Source: an uncultured Planctomycetota bacterium (GTDB lineage: Bacteria; Planctomycetota; Planctomycetia; Isosphaerales; Isosphaeraceae). Taken from it: a stretch of 64,000 bases of DNA. The notes beneath the pieces were generated by a model that was not told the DNA's origin, did not search any database, and saw only the letters and a list, made by a program, of their open reading frames with translations. Positions 1-11,101 of the stretch are shown piece after piece. The stretch lies in the NCBI GenBank assembly GCA_963823665.1, contig CAWGMQ010000005.1:512001-576000 (forward strand), in the 5' to 3' direction. The translations under genes and the position numbers were made by a program. Position 1 is the stretch's first letter. Each line of letters opens with the position of its first letter.

Positions 1-1
1 A

Positions 2-3000
2 ACACCAGCCGAAGTCGCCGAGGCACTCAAACCGTTCTTCAAGAAGGCGGGCGCGACTGCGAAGCCCGAGGTTTCAACGCTCGAGCAGCCTGGCCCCAGA
101 GCCGAGAGAATTCAGAACCTTTCCACGGTGACCGACCCGGCGATCAAGACGCCTCGACCGCCGAAGGGATCGCGGGATTCGCTCTCGTCGGTCTCGAAGA
201 CGGAATTGCCGGTGCCTCGCTTGCTCACTCAGCCCGAGCAAGCAGCCGAACCTGGCGAACTCGTCCCCGCAGTCGGATCCGCCAGTCGTCCACGGTGGAA
301 CTCGTGGCCGATGCTCGCAGCGGCCGGCGACTTTCGGCTGTGTCATGCTCGGGATCATCATCATTGTCATTGCGAATAAGGGTGTCCTGACGGTAGAAAC
401 TGCCAACGGCAAATCGACCATAACCATTGAAGACATGAACCAGCAGTCCGCGGGCTCGCTCCCACCTTCGAGCGATGCCGCCAATTCCACAGCGACCAAG
501 TCGGCGTCGCCGCCCGAGACTTCCCGACCCTCCGCCGAGCCGGTAGCGGATGTCCGGCGCCCCGATACGGCGCCTGCGGCAGAGAAAACGGCGCCCATGG
601 ATGAGGCTAAGACGCCAACGATCGGTGCATCAGGCGCCGGTCTTACCTCGGGAACGCAGGTGCGCCCGCAGAAGCCGGCGGTTGAGACCAACTCGATCGG
701 TATGAAGCTAGCGCCGATCCTGGCCGGCGAATTCGACATGGGTTCGTCCGATGACGACAAGGATGCCAGTCTAAACGAAAAGCCGCAGCACCGGGTGCGG
801 ATCAGCCCATTCTACATGGGAGTGACCGAGGTCACGCAGGCCCAATACGAGGCGGTGATGGGTACAAATCCGAGCGGCTGCGCGTCGACGGGCTATCACA
901 GGGAGGCGTGCGCCGGACGGTCGACGAGCGAGCATCCAGTCGAGACGGTTTCGTGGTGGGACGCGATCCGGTTCTGCAACGCCTTGAGCGCCAAGGAAGG
1001 TCTCACTCCCTATTACGAGACGAACGGGGAGAAGATGGAGATTCCGGACAGGAAGGGCCCCGGCTATCGGCTGCCGACCGAAGCGGAATGGGAATATGCC
1101 TGCCGGGCCCGGACGACGACGAGATACTTCTTCGGCAATGACCCATCATCCCTGGGTAAGTATGCATGGTTCGGCGAAGACGAGCGAGGGCCCACACACC
1201 CTGTCGGTGGGAAAGTTGCTAACGACTTCGGGCTGTGTGATATGTACGGTAACGTCGGGGAGTGGTGTTCCGATTGGTTCGATGCAGGTCACTATCTCAA
1301 TTCAACGCGGGTTGATCCGCTTGGTCCCCCCGCGTCAGAGTGGCGAGTGAGGCGCGGAGGCAGCCACGCCCACCCAGCCAAGGAGTGCCGGTCGGCGTGG
1401 CGTTCCCGGGAGGATTACAATTCCTGCCAGGGCTTTCGGGTGGTCCGAGGGCAGCCCACCCAGATCAAGAACCAAGCAGAGACCTCGCGGCGTGGCTCGT
1501 CGCCGCCCCAGGAATCGAAAACGTCGCTACAGGCGTCAATCGAGGCGAAGTCCGTCGCTTCAGCGGCGGAGAGGCCCAAGCCGAACTCACGGGAGCCTGA
1601 GGCGAATCTTGCTCAGACGCCACGCGGAGATTGGGCAAGTCCCACCTCGGGGATGGGCTTCGTGCGGATTAAGGGAGGCGAGTTCGACATGGGCTCGCCC
1701 GATGGCGATAAGGAAGCCTTCAACACCGAGAAGCCCCCACACCAGGTGCGGATCAGCCCGTTTTACCTGGGATTGACCGAGGTCACCCAGGCGCAATACC
1801 AGACGGTGACCGGGAAAAATCCGAGCCACTTCTCGGCAATGGGGGCCGGCAGAGACAAAGTCGTCGGCCAGGCGAGCACGCGGTATCCCGTAGAGAATAT
1901 CTCGTGGCTGGACGCTGTCCGATTCTGCAACGCCTTGAGCAAAAGAGATGGTTTCGCGCCCTATTACAGAGTCGACGGCGAGAAGGTCGAGATTCCGGAC
2001 CGGAAAGGCTCCGGCTACCGGCTGCCCACCGAGGCGGAATGGGAATATGCTTGCCGGGGAGGCAAGACGACCAGGTTCTCGTTCGGCAACGACGCCCCGG
2101 CCGTGGTCGAATACGGATGGCTCGGCGGGAACTCGGGTGGCAGCCCTCATCCCGTCGCCCAGAAGCGACCTAACGACCTCGGGTTGTATGATATGCATGG
2201 GAACGTCTGGGAGTGGTGCTCCGACGGTTGGGACGAGGATTATTACAAAAAGGCGCCCGAAGATGACCCGACTGGAGCCTCCGGCGCTCCGAACCGCGTG
2301 TTTCGTGGGGGCAGTTGGGACTCGGAGCCCCGCGAATGCAGATCAGCGAATCGTTATCGGTTCGCACCCGAGAACAAGAGTTACTTCCTGGGCTTCCGTG
2401 TGGCTCTCAACCTGCGCGACGAGAACCAAGGATCTGTCAGGAAAAGTGACGCCCGCACTACCGTTGCCGAAGGAATCGAAAACCTCACAGCCGTTAGGCG
2501 AGACGAGAGATGCCGGCGCGCTAACCCTGCCACCAGCTGTTAAGCCGCCGCCGGTGTCGACCAACACGATCGATATGAAGCTCGCCCTGATCCCCGCTGG
2601 CGAGTTCATGATGGGTTCGCCCGATGTCAACTCTCCTCCGGAGGAGCTGCCCGAGCACAAGGTGCGAATCAGCACGCCGTTTTTCCTTTGCGTCACCGAG
2701 GTGACACAGGCGCAATACGAGGCAGTGATCGGGAAAAACCCGAGCTTTTTCTCGCCGACGGGCGACGGAAAGGACGTCGTCGCCGGCCAGCCGACCGGTG
2801 AGTATCCGGTCGAGCAAGTCTCATGGCTTGATGCAATCGCATTCTCCAACGCGTTGAGCAGGAAAGAGGGTCTAGCTCCCTATTACCTCGTCAACGGCGA
2901 AGACGTGAGAATTCCGGACCGGAAAGGGCCCGGTTACCGGCTGCCGACCGAGGCGGAGTGGGAATATGCTTGCCGGGCGGGAAGGTCGGGGAAGTTCCCC

Positions 3001-4146
3001 CCTGGCGACCCGATGATTGAATATGGTTGGTTTCGAGCAAACTCAAACGGCAGCACTCACCCGGTCGGCAAAAAGCGTCCCAACGAGTTTGGGCTGTACG
3101 ATATGCACGCGAACGTCTTTGAGTGGTGCTACGACGGGTTCGCATTTGACTATTACCAGCGGTCGCCGGTGGACGACCCGCAGGGACCAGATCGAATGTC
3201 GACCAGAGTCGCACGAGGGAGCGGCTGGCGCAGCCCGCAGCGAAAGACGTGGTGGACACGATTCGAGGGGAGGGACCCCCACCAACGGCACTTCGTCTTG
3301 GGCTTCCGGGTGGCCCGGACTCAGTCCGCAATCCCCGTCAGTGACAGGGCTCCGGAGCCAAGCGCCGTAGCCGCAAAGTTACTCGGCGAAACGGCGAGTC
3401 AGCCGCCTGCAACTCCATACGTGAAGGGCTCTCCAGAAGAGAAGCTCAACACTCGCGGTCTTTCGCGAGCAGGCGCGTACTTCGTCCTCGCATCGGAAAC
3501 CGAAATCCTCGAAAAGTTCGAGAAAGTCAGACCGCTTATCGCCACTATGGCGCAGCCCTTCAACATGTTCGCGCAGGCCCTGCGCAACGCGATGCTGCTG
3601 GCCGATGCGGAGGCGACCTACATCGAGATGAAGGCCCGGGTCGACGAGGCCAACGCGGTGTTCTCAAAGATGCCGAATGGGGCGAGGGCCAATTCTCAGG
3701 AGAAGCTGGATTATCAGGCGGCCCAGGCGTTCCGAGACGAACTTACCCAGGAACGCGACAACGCCTCGCGCACGGTCGAGGCGATCCGGGCCCAGCAAAT
3801 CCCGGCCGGGCGCAAGGACGAGCTCGTGAAGGACTTCAAGGCAAAGTGGTCCGACTTTCTCAGGGCGACCGATGAGCTCACGCCGTTGATCGACATCGCG
3901 CTGGGCGAATATCGAAAACTACGGTCCGATCCCTCCGTGACGAATGCTCTGGCCGCGTTAAGCCGCTCGACAAAAGCGGCGGAACACCTCGGGCCCTCGA
4001 AGAATCTTCAGAAAGCTCTCGAAACGATCAAGGAAGCCAAGAGGGCTTACGCGCCCGAGACCGCCGCACCGAAGAAGAAAACGCGTCCCGCGAAAATGAC
4101 CCCGACTGCCCCACCGAAAAACAAGGGGCAGGCGACCAAGCATTGA
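2..4146 (+). CDS. C-terminal part of a probable Ser/Thr kinase with a TM segment and three SUMF1/FGE-sulfatase domains; frameshifts near 327 and 2420; 5' end outside window
   Basis: Frame from base 2 reads TPAEVAEALKPFF (typical kinase-domain end); hydrophobic MLGIIIIVIA; three copies of F.MGS...E.P.H.V.I...TEVTQAQY...YRLPTEAEWEYACR...GFRV across ORFs 345..2543 and 1948..4146. Confidence 0.75.
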
Positions 4147-4227
4147 GAGAAGGTCCGAATTGCGGAGATTGCGCGTCAAAGCGATGTCGCCGGCATTCCA
4201 ACCTCAATCAAGAAGGAACCACAAAGC

Positions 4228-5190
4228 ATGTCACAAACTCCAAGACCGGCACCCCCCCGCCCGCCGGAAGAACATTCCGGCACCTTGATCGAGCCGGTTC
4301 CTCAGACGCCGGGGCGAAATTCCGTCGCGCATCAGCCAATCGAGCGCGCCGGCACCGTGCTCGAGACCGATGACGAGATACGACACGCGCTGCTCGCCAG
4401 TCACAAGGCTCGGCAGCCCGGCCCGGCCGTCTCGATCGAGCCCCTGGCACAGGCGCCTCCCGCCCCCGTTCAACCCCCCGCGCGGGCCGCCGGCGCCTTC
4501 CGCCCGACCATCCGCCCCCCCATCGCCCTGCTCACTATATTTGACGACGGCAAGACCGACGGCGAGGTCATCCGCATTCGCGACCATCGGTTCATTATCG
4601 GCCGCACGGAAGGAGACCTGACCATCCCGATGGACGGCCGGATCTCGGCACGCCACGTCGAGATCACCCATCAAGTGGTCGGCGGGATTCACCGCTGGGT
4701 TGTCACCGACCTGCAAAGCACTCACGGCCTTTACGTCCGCGTGAGCAAGACCCTGCTCGCCGACAAGGCAGAATTCCTGGTCGGCAACGGCCGTTACCGG
4801 TTTGATGCCGCCCACACCACTGCCGAGCAGACACTCGACGAGCTCCCGAAGGAAGGTCGGTTCAGCCAGACCGAAGGCTGGTCCGAGGGAACAAGCCCAT
4901 TCCGCCCCGCGGCTGTCACCGAGCTGCTCGGCCCCGATTCCGGCAACCGAATGCTACTCACCAAGAACGAATACTGGATCGGCTCGGACCCGGCTTGCCC
5001 CCTCTGCCGGCCCGATGACCCATTCTGCGAGCCGCGACACGTGCGGCTCTATCGGAAAGACAAGGGATCCTGGCACGCAGAGCACAACAAAACCATCAAC
5101 GGTCTCTGGCTGCGAATGCCCCAGATCACGGTCGAGTCAATGGCGCAGTTCCAAATTGGTGAGCAGCGGTTTCAGCTCAGGGTCAAGTGA
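4228..5190 (+). CDS. Double FHA domain protein
   Basis: IIGR...ISARH...DLQSTHG motif and a second degenerate IGS...EPRH...TING copy; Pro-rich N-terminus. Confidence 0.85.
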   Translation: MSQTPRPAPPRPPEEHSGTLIEPVPQTPGRNSVAHQPIERAGTVLETDDEIRHALLASHKARQPGPAVSIEPLAQAPPAPVQPPARAAGAFRPTIRPPIALLTIFDDGKTDGEVIRIRDHRFIIGRTEGDLTIPMDGRISARHVEITHQVVGGIHRWVVTDLQSTHGLYVRVSKTLLADKAEFLVGNGRYRFDAAHTTAEQTLDELPKEGRFSQTEGWSEGTSPFRPAAVTELLGPDSGNRMLLTKNEYWIGSDPACPLCRPDDPFCEPRHVRLYRKDKGSWHAEHNKTINGLWLRMPQITVESMAQFQIGEQRFQLRVK

Positions 5191-5197
5191 GGATGTC

Positions 5198-6220
5198 ATG
5201 TCACGAGAATCAATGACGCTTCGATGGAGCTCGCCCATGATGCGAACATTCTCGGTCGCGATGCTTGCCTTGGTCTTCTCGGCCGCGACCACGCGCGCAC
5301 AGTACCCTTTCATCGGTGCGGCCTCGACACCCGAGGGCGATTACCTGAGAGGTGTTGGAGTCGCAGCCGCTGGCCTCGGTCTTTACAACGAGCGAACGGC
5401 CGTTGCAGACCAGATCAACACCCAAACGTTCATGATGCTGAACGACTACATGCTGAATCTCGCCAAGAACGAGAGCCTGGAATACGCCGCGCAACGCAGT
5501 GCCGAGCGGGCAAAGAACGCCGAAAACTACAGAAAGATCGAGGATCGCATTCACAACAATCCTGAAGCGATCGACGTGCTCAATGCCAGCGCGCTCAACG
5601 CCAAGCTGTGGGAATTGCTCGACCCCAAGGTTTCCGATTCCGCTTCCCGCTTCGCCAACGTGCCGCTCGACCCAGACATCATCCGGTGCATCCCCTTCAG
5701 GCTTCCCAAGAAAGGAGACACATTCTCGATGAACCGGCTCTTGCTCAAAGGCGACAACTGGGTTGTGGCTTTTCGCGTTCCGAGTTTTGCCGCGCTCCGT
5801 CGCGCATATGAGCACGCGGTCGACAATGCTCTGGAGCTCGCACTCGACGGGAAATGGAAGGACAGCGCGATCGTAGATATTGAGAATGCTGTCAAGGACC
5901 TCGAGGACAAGGTGCGATCGTCGCCCCACTTGTCCGCGCCGGAACACCTGAGGGAGGCCAACGAAGCCCGCGAACAGCTCAAGCACCTTGGCCGGACGGC
6001 TCGGCTTTTCCAAACGGTCGAGATTCAGCGAGTGCTCGCAGAAATCGACAGCTACAACGGGACGACGGTCGACGATTTCCGGCGCTTCATGCTACGGCAC
6101 AATCTCACTTTTGCCAGCGCCGATTCGCCCGACGAGAGGACTATCTATCCAAAGCTTTACACGGCCCTCCTGGAACATCGCAACAAGCTCATTGTCGAGG
6201 TCAAGGATCCGGGGAAATGA
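5198..6220 (+). CDS. Secreted hypothetical protein
   Basis: ATG 7 nt after previous stop; signal peptide VAMLALVFSAATTRA; 340 aa open frame. Confidence 0.7.
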   Translation: MSRESMTLRWSSPMMRTFSVAMLALVFSAATTRAQYPFIGAASTPEGDYLRGVGVAAAGLGLYNERTAVADQINTQTFMMLNDYMLNLAKNESLEYAAQRSAERAKNAENYRKIEDRIHNNPEAIDVLNASALNAKLWELLDPKVSDSASRFANVPLDPDIIRCIPFRLPKKGDTFSMNRLLLKGDNWVVAFRVPSFAALRRAYEHAVDNALELALDGKWKDSAIVDIENAVKDLEDKVRSSPHLSAPEHLREANEAREQLKHLGRTARLFQTVEIQRVLAEIDSYNGTTVDDFRRFMLRHNLTFASADSPDERTIYPKLYTALLEHRNKLIVEVKDPGK

Positions 6221-6239
6221 CACGTCCGGGAGTTCAGCC

Positions 6240-7400
6240 GTGTTGATCCGACCCACTATTGTCGGTGTTTTGCTCAGCGCGTTCGTGGCCGGCTCGGCAT
6301 GGCTCGTCCACCGCCGGGGTCAGGCGTATCGCGAATCACTGGCAATGGCCAGGCGTCCGCGCACCGCCGCGGGCAACGCGGCGAGGCCCGATTCCGGGAT
6401 AGCCTCCTCGAAACCGGCGCACGCCGACCCGAAGCCAGAGGCTCCGCCAACTGCGGCGGCGAAGCCGGCACAAACGGCCGAGGCATCGTCGGCCCCGGCA
6501 CAACAGACGGACCAGACCGCATCGCACACATCGACCGCCGCTGCCGTCCCGGCTGCCGCTGTCCCAGCGGTCCCGGCGCGACAAGAGACGTCGTCCGGCC
6601 CGCCGCCATCGGTGCCCGCATCGCCGCCCCCCGCTGACAAGAACGTTGCCATGTCCGCGTCGCAATGGAAAAGCGACAAGTTCTGGAGTCAGGATGCGCT
6701 GGTCAAGCAGTGGCCCCTGGACGATCTGACGACCGAACACGAACAGCAGCTTGGCGCGGAGTTGAACAGCCTCATATTAAAGTTCAACCCGCTGGATTCA
6801 GGGTCCGGCCTGAGGCGCGTCAAGGAAGTGGCCGAGCCGCTGCTCGCCCGGCTGGCGCTCAAAGGCGCTCGATACCAGTTCTTTGTTCTCGATTCGGAAG
6901 TACCCAATGTGTTTTCACACCCCGGCCGGTACGTGTACTTCAGTCGTAAGCTGCTCGAGCTAATTCCGGAGGAAGAGCCGAACTTGCTGGAGTTCGCACT
7001 CCTGCACGAGATCGCTCATGTCGAGCTTCGGCATGCAATCAACTGTCTGAAAGACAAGCGCGTCCGACAGCTCGGTGACGGCACGCTCCAGAAGATGTAT
7101 TTCTTGATCATCCCATTCGGGTATCCCGACAATCTCGAGCTCGCCGCCGATGCCTGGGTGTACCGGCAAATGGCGCAGTTCGGCCGTTCCGAACACGACC
7201 GTCTGAAGTATCTCCGAATACTCGACCGTTACGCCAAGGACCACGGGTTTGAGCACGGTCGCGCCAAGCCCCAGGACCTCGCGAGCGATAAGCGTGCCGG
7301 GCCCGAAACGGCGAGCGGGTTCTCGCCCGTGGAGAATCACCTGCGCTCGCATCCCGCTGCTTACGACCGCATCAGGCACTTGAAGCAACTGACGAAATAG
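6240..7400 (+). CDS. M48-family zinc metallopeptidase with N-terminal membrane anchor
   Basis: PNVFSHPG, HEIAH (HExxH), ELAAD and SHP..YDRI motifs; Ala/Pro-rich linker. Confidence 0.8.
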   Translation: MLIRPTIVGVLLSAFVAGSAWLVHRRGQAYRESLAMARRPRTAAGNAARPDSGIASSKPAHADPKPEAPPTAAAKPAQTAEASSAPAQQTDQTASHTSTAAAVPAAAVPAVPARQETSSGPPPSVPASPPPADKNVAMSASQWKSDKFWSQDALVKQWPLDDLTTEHEQQLGAELNSLILKFNPLDSGSGLRRVKEVAEPLLARLALKGARYQFFVLDSEVPNVFSHPGRYVYFSRKLLELIPEEEPNLLEFALLHEIAHVELRHAINCLKDKRVRQLGDGTLQKMYFLIIPFGYPDNLELAADAWVYRQMAQFGRSEHDRLKYLRILDRYAKDHGFEHGRAKPQDLASDKRAGPETASGFSPVENHLRSHPAAYDRIRHLKQLTK

Positions 7401-8775
7401 CACGCCTCGATGTCGCGAACAGGAACGCGGCCAGCGACGAGAGGCTGATCAGCATGGCCCCAAGAGCCAGCGAGTCGGCCTCCGGGCCCATCCGTTCACC
7501 CTGCGCCGTGAAAAACGGCTCGACCATGTCGCTCGGCGCAGATTGCGCCCCGTCCGGCAGCGACGGCTGCATGCGTGCGTCGGCCTCGAGCTCCAGCAAC
7601 GCCTCGAACGCCCATCGCGTGGGCATGAGCGCGGACGAGACTTGAAGGACCTGGTTCGCTCCGGCCAGTGGCCAAATCCACCCACCGGCCGCGACCATCA
7701 CCGCAAAGGCGAGCACAAGCGCGCCCGCAGCCCACGTCCGATTCGGGGCGGCTCGAAACGCGAACAGCCCGAGCGACAGGCCGACTGCCGACGCCAGGAC
7801 GAGTATTCCGAGCATAGCCAGCCAGGCTCCCTTCAATCCGCTTCCCGCATGGACGATCAACAGCAAGACGAAGCACTGCGCGACACACAACGCTGCGAGC
7901 ACGAGGAGATTCGCGCCGAGGGAAGCGGGATGCGTTGCGGTCGACGAGTCGCCTCTGGCCGTCAATCTTCCAGAAGCCGCCGGCCAAGCGGCGAGCGTGC
8001 CACCGAGCCAGATCGCCGCCAGGCTGAGCGCAAAAGCCACGTCCGCAATCGCTCCGCCGACGATGGTCCAGTTGTCACTGGTGATCGCCTCGGCGGGGCG
8101 ACGGCCCGAAGCGATGACGATCACCACGGCGATGATCGGAGACTGCGCCAGCAACGCCAAAAGCGAGAAGTCGATCGCGCGCCGTGACGTGCCAGCGTGC
8201 GTCACCACTTGCGTGGCGGCCGGCTCTGGGTCTACAACCGGCGGAGTAAAGGGGACTTCTCTAACAGGCGGAATCTGCGCGTTCAAGAGCCGCGCTGCCG
8301 GCACCGTGAGCGATCCGAACGAGACGATGTCCGTTTCCGCCAGCGGTATCGCGTTAGTGGCCTTCCGGTCCGGCGTGTTGACGAAGGTTCCATTGGAGGA
8401 ACCGAGGTCTTCGATCAAAACTTGAGACCCTGAGATGATAAGCCGGGCGTGGTGAGTCGAGATCCTCGGGTCGTCGAGGACGATGTCATTGTCAGCGCTC
8501 CGGCCAATGCGGACGACTCGCGCGCCGGGCGAGGCGGCAACCATCGTCCAGGGCATGGGCACGGTTGCTCCCAGTGTGATCACATCGTCAGCCGTGACGC
8601 GCGTTTCGGCCGTGATTCGCGTGCCGTTGACATAGGTTCCATTCGACGCGCCGAGGTCGCGGAGCAGATAACCGCCATCGCCCGTTTCCGTGAGCCGGCA
8701 GTGGCGGCCCGATACGGTTGCTCGCGCGACGACGACGTCGCATTCGGCGCCGCTCCCGATGATCCAGGTTCGCAT
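7372..8775 (-). CDS. Two FHA domains fused to an ABC-2-type permease domain
   Basis: IIGS..VSGRH..DLGASNGTYVNG and IGR..ISTHH..DLGSSNGTFVN, then about six TM helices ending in PTRWAFEAL. Confidence 0.8.
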   Translation of the reverse strand: MRTWIIGSGAECDVVVARATVSGRHCRLTETGDGGYLLRDLGASNGTYVNGTRITAETRVTADDVITLGATVPMPWTMVAASPGARVVRIGRSADNDIVLDDPRISTHHARLIISGSQVLIEDLGSSNGTFVNTPDRKATNAIPLAETDIVSFGSLTVPAARLLNAQIPPVREVPFTPPVVDPEPAATQVVTHAGTSRRAIDFSLLALLAQSPIIAVVIVIASGRRPAEAITSDNWTIVGGAIADVAFALSLAAIWLGGTLAAWPAASGRLTARGDSSTATHPASLGANLLVLAALCVAQCFVLLLIVHAGSGLKGAWLAMLGILVLASAVGLSLGLFAFRAAPNRTWAAGALVLAFAVMVAAGGWIWPLAGANQVLQVSSALMPTRWAFEALLELEADARMQPSLPDGAQSAPSDMVEPFFTAQGERMGPEADSLALGAMLISLSSLAAFLFATSRRAISSVASSA

Positions 8776-8973
8776 GAGTCGCCCCTTGAGCAGAGACTAC
8801 GCCCTCTTGACCCAGTGCGCGACAGCGTACCCCATTATCGAGAACTGCGCCCGACGCGCGTTCTTCCTCAGCGATTGGCCGCTCCAATCCCCCTGAAATC
8901 AGGCTTTCGTGAACAGCGACGGCGGCGAAGACCGCCAACCGCTGTCCGTTCGCCGCCGGCGCCGGTTTGGTAC

Positions 8974-9459
8974 TCACGACCCGGCGATCTGGGCGGTGAT
9001 GCCGTCGCTGTCGGGGAAATAGAGCCGGTCGCCCTCGCGCCGGGGTTTGAGACCGGCGGCCTTGAGCTTCTCTTCGGCCTTGTCGGCATTGTAATCGCGG
9101 ATGGTGTAGCAATAATGGTTCAGGCCCGGCTTCTCGCCACGGAAGAGCGTCAGGAAAAAGTCTTTATCGCCGCCGCCCAGGAAGCAGTTCTCTTCGCCGC
9201 TCTCTCTGAGGACCTTGAGCCCCAGGTGCTTGATGTACCAGTCACGCGCTTTCGGGACACTGGCAACGTCCAGGGCGATGTGATTCAGCCCGGTCGCCTG
9301 GAAGGTCGGCGCCGGTGTATCGCCCTGGCCGGCTTCCGCCGCACGCGCAGTCGCCGCCAATGCGGCTCCAAGCCCTATCAAGTGGGCTGCGAGCTGCCGG
9401 CGCGACATCAAGCCACGCTCGAAGTCCTCGATGAGTCTTTCGGCGATGTCGGATTTCAT
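8974..9459 (-). CDS. VOC/glyoxalase family protein with Tat-like signal
   Basis: MSRRQL + hydrophobic stretch; LNHIALDV...LNHYCY...YFPDSDG. Confidence 0.8.
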   Translation of the reverse strand: MKSDIAERLIEDFERGLMSRRQLAAHLIGLGAALAATARAAEAGQGDTPAPTFQATGLNHIALDVASVPKARDWYIKHLGLKVLRESGEENCFLGGGDKDFFLTLFRGEKPGLNHYCYTIRDYNADKAEEKLKAAGLKPRREGDRLYFPDSDGITAQIAGS

Positions 9460-9750
9460 GATGAGCCTCGTCTGGTTGACGGTGCGAAAGCCGAGACACG
9501 ACGCAGCACTCCCATCATGCCACCTCCACAAGGGACGTGCCACATGCGAGGTCGTGCGGATTGGAACAGAAGATCGCGAAGGGAAGTGTCGTTTCAACTA
9601 ACAGGAACGCTTCTGGCTGCGATAACTTGACCCTGTGAGTGCTCGGTGCCGAACTCGTCGCATTTCCGGACGCCTTGTTGGTTACAATCAGGCCAATAGG
9701 ACGACCTGGATTCATGAGTGTCGGCAGCACCGCACGGTAAGATTACGCTT

Positions 9751-10332
9751 ATGCTAGGTGACAGAAGGCTCCAGATTTTGGTGGTGGCCCATGTCGCTCT
9801 CGGGGTCGTTACCAGCGTCTTGGCACGCATCCAACTCCGAACGCCGTTCGGGCTGGGGCACATTCCCGTCGTGCCTTTCATCGCCTCGGCTCTCTGCCAA
9901 GCGCTCCTGCTCTCCCTGTGGGGGGCGGTTTCCGAGGCGAGACCGTGGATGCGGCTGGCTGGGCTGGTCGCTGGGGCGCCGAGTCTGGAAGCACCGGTCC
10001 CCTCCGACGGGAGACGGGGGGTCTTGGGCATCAGCACCATCACGATCATTGTGACCACGGCGTCCTTGCTCGTGGTGCGGTGGTTCGGGGTCAGATTTGC
10101 ACGACAGGACGCCCCCGGTCAGTCTGCAAGACAAGAGCCCGAAGGTCTGAGGTTCACGATTCGGGGCCTGATGACCTTTACGGCCGCCGTCGCCGTGATC
10201 TGCGCCGGGGCGAGGGCCTTGGAAGGAGCTCGGAGTCTTTTCCTGTTCATACTCGTCTGGGCGCTGTGTTTCGTTGGTGTCCTCGGCGTCAGACCTATTT
10301 TCAGGTTAATTCGTCCAGCAGCCATCCGCTGA
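9751..10332 (+). CDS. Hypothetical membrane protein, possibly 3'-truncated
   Basis: Several hydrophobic helices; RFTIRGLM motif before a TM helix. Confidence 0.5.
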   Translation: MLGDRRLQILVVAHVALGVVTSVLARIQLRTPFGLGHIPVVPFIASALCQALLLSLWGAVSEARPWMRLAGLVAGAPSLEAPVPSDGRRGVLGISTITIIVTTASLLVVRWFGVRFARQDAPGQSARQEPEGLRFTIRGLMTFTAAVAVICAGARALEGARSLFLFILVWALCFVGVLGVRPIFRLIRPAAIR

Positions 10333-10535
10333 AAGAACAGGACATACATTGCATTCTCGACGCGCGGCCTCAGTTCAGGCAACTCCGGCCGATCACGCCA
10401 GGAGTTCCACCCACGACGATGGCCCGCGTCCGTGTCAACGACCCTGCCGTATATCGCGGTGGCATTTCCCCTCTGAACGCTCGAGGTTCGTTGACCTTCT
10501 CACGTTCGAGCCCATCTTTCTAGGCCGACCTTCAT

Positions 10536-10785
10536 TCATGGAATAGAAAAGTACCCCACCAGATCGACTCCAGTACCATCCATTTCCATCCGGAGCTTGT
10601 TGTCTGTCAGGAAATTCATCCCCAACACAGCGGCCAGCTCGAGATGCGGATGCTGTGATCGCTGGCTCGCAAACTTCGCCACTACAGGAAACGGGCGGCT
10701 TGCTTTTATGCCCGTCCGATTATCAACGAGCTGCAAACGATATCCGGCATGCCTCGAGGATGCCTCGCGAGCAAAACCCCCGCTT
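10536..10785 (-). pseudogene. C-terminal fragment resembling a retropepsin-like aspartyl protease
   Basis: AVLGMNFL motif but no DTG/DSG and no clear start; directly behind the DUF5678-like gene. Confidence 0.35.
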
Positions 10786-10786
10786 C

Positions 10787-11101
10787 TTAGCGGGGCATGT
10801 CCAAGAGTGGGTCGACAACGCCCACCAAGGGGAGCTCCTCCGCGGGACGCCCCGTATTTTGTGCCGCTTCAGCGAGGACCAGCGCTGCGTCATTGCCATG
10901 GGCAACAATCTTGCGCTCATAGGGCACGACGAATTCGCCGAGATACCGAACCGACACGTCAGGATCCTGGCGCGCCCAGCGGGCATCTTCCAATCGCTGG
11001 AACTCTTTGGGCTCAAGGGGAAGCATAGTAATTCGAGTGCGCAGCAGCGCTTGCTTCGTCATTTCTAGAGAACAGGCATCTACCGGAAGCTTAGGTTGCA
11101 T
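10787..11101 (-). CDS. Small DUF5678-like protein
   Basis: YLGEFVVPYERKIVAHGND motif; AAGGAGG upstream of ATG 11101. Confidence 0.55.
   Translation of the reverse strand: MQPKLPVDACSLEMTKQALLRTRITMLPLEPKEFQRLEDARWARQDPDVSVRYLGEFVVPYERKIVAHGNDAALVLAEAAQNTGRPAEELPLVGVVDPLLDMPR

Noticed and set aside
345..3320. FGE/CLec domains as targets of a diversity-generating retroelement
   Set aside because: No reverse transcriptase and no template repeat with adenine-specific differences seen in the window
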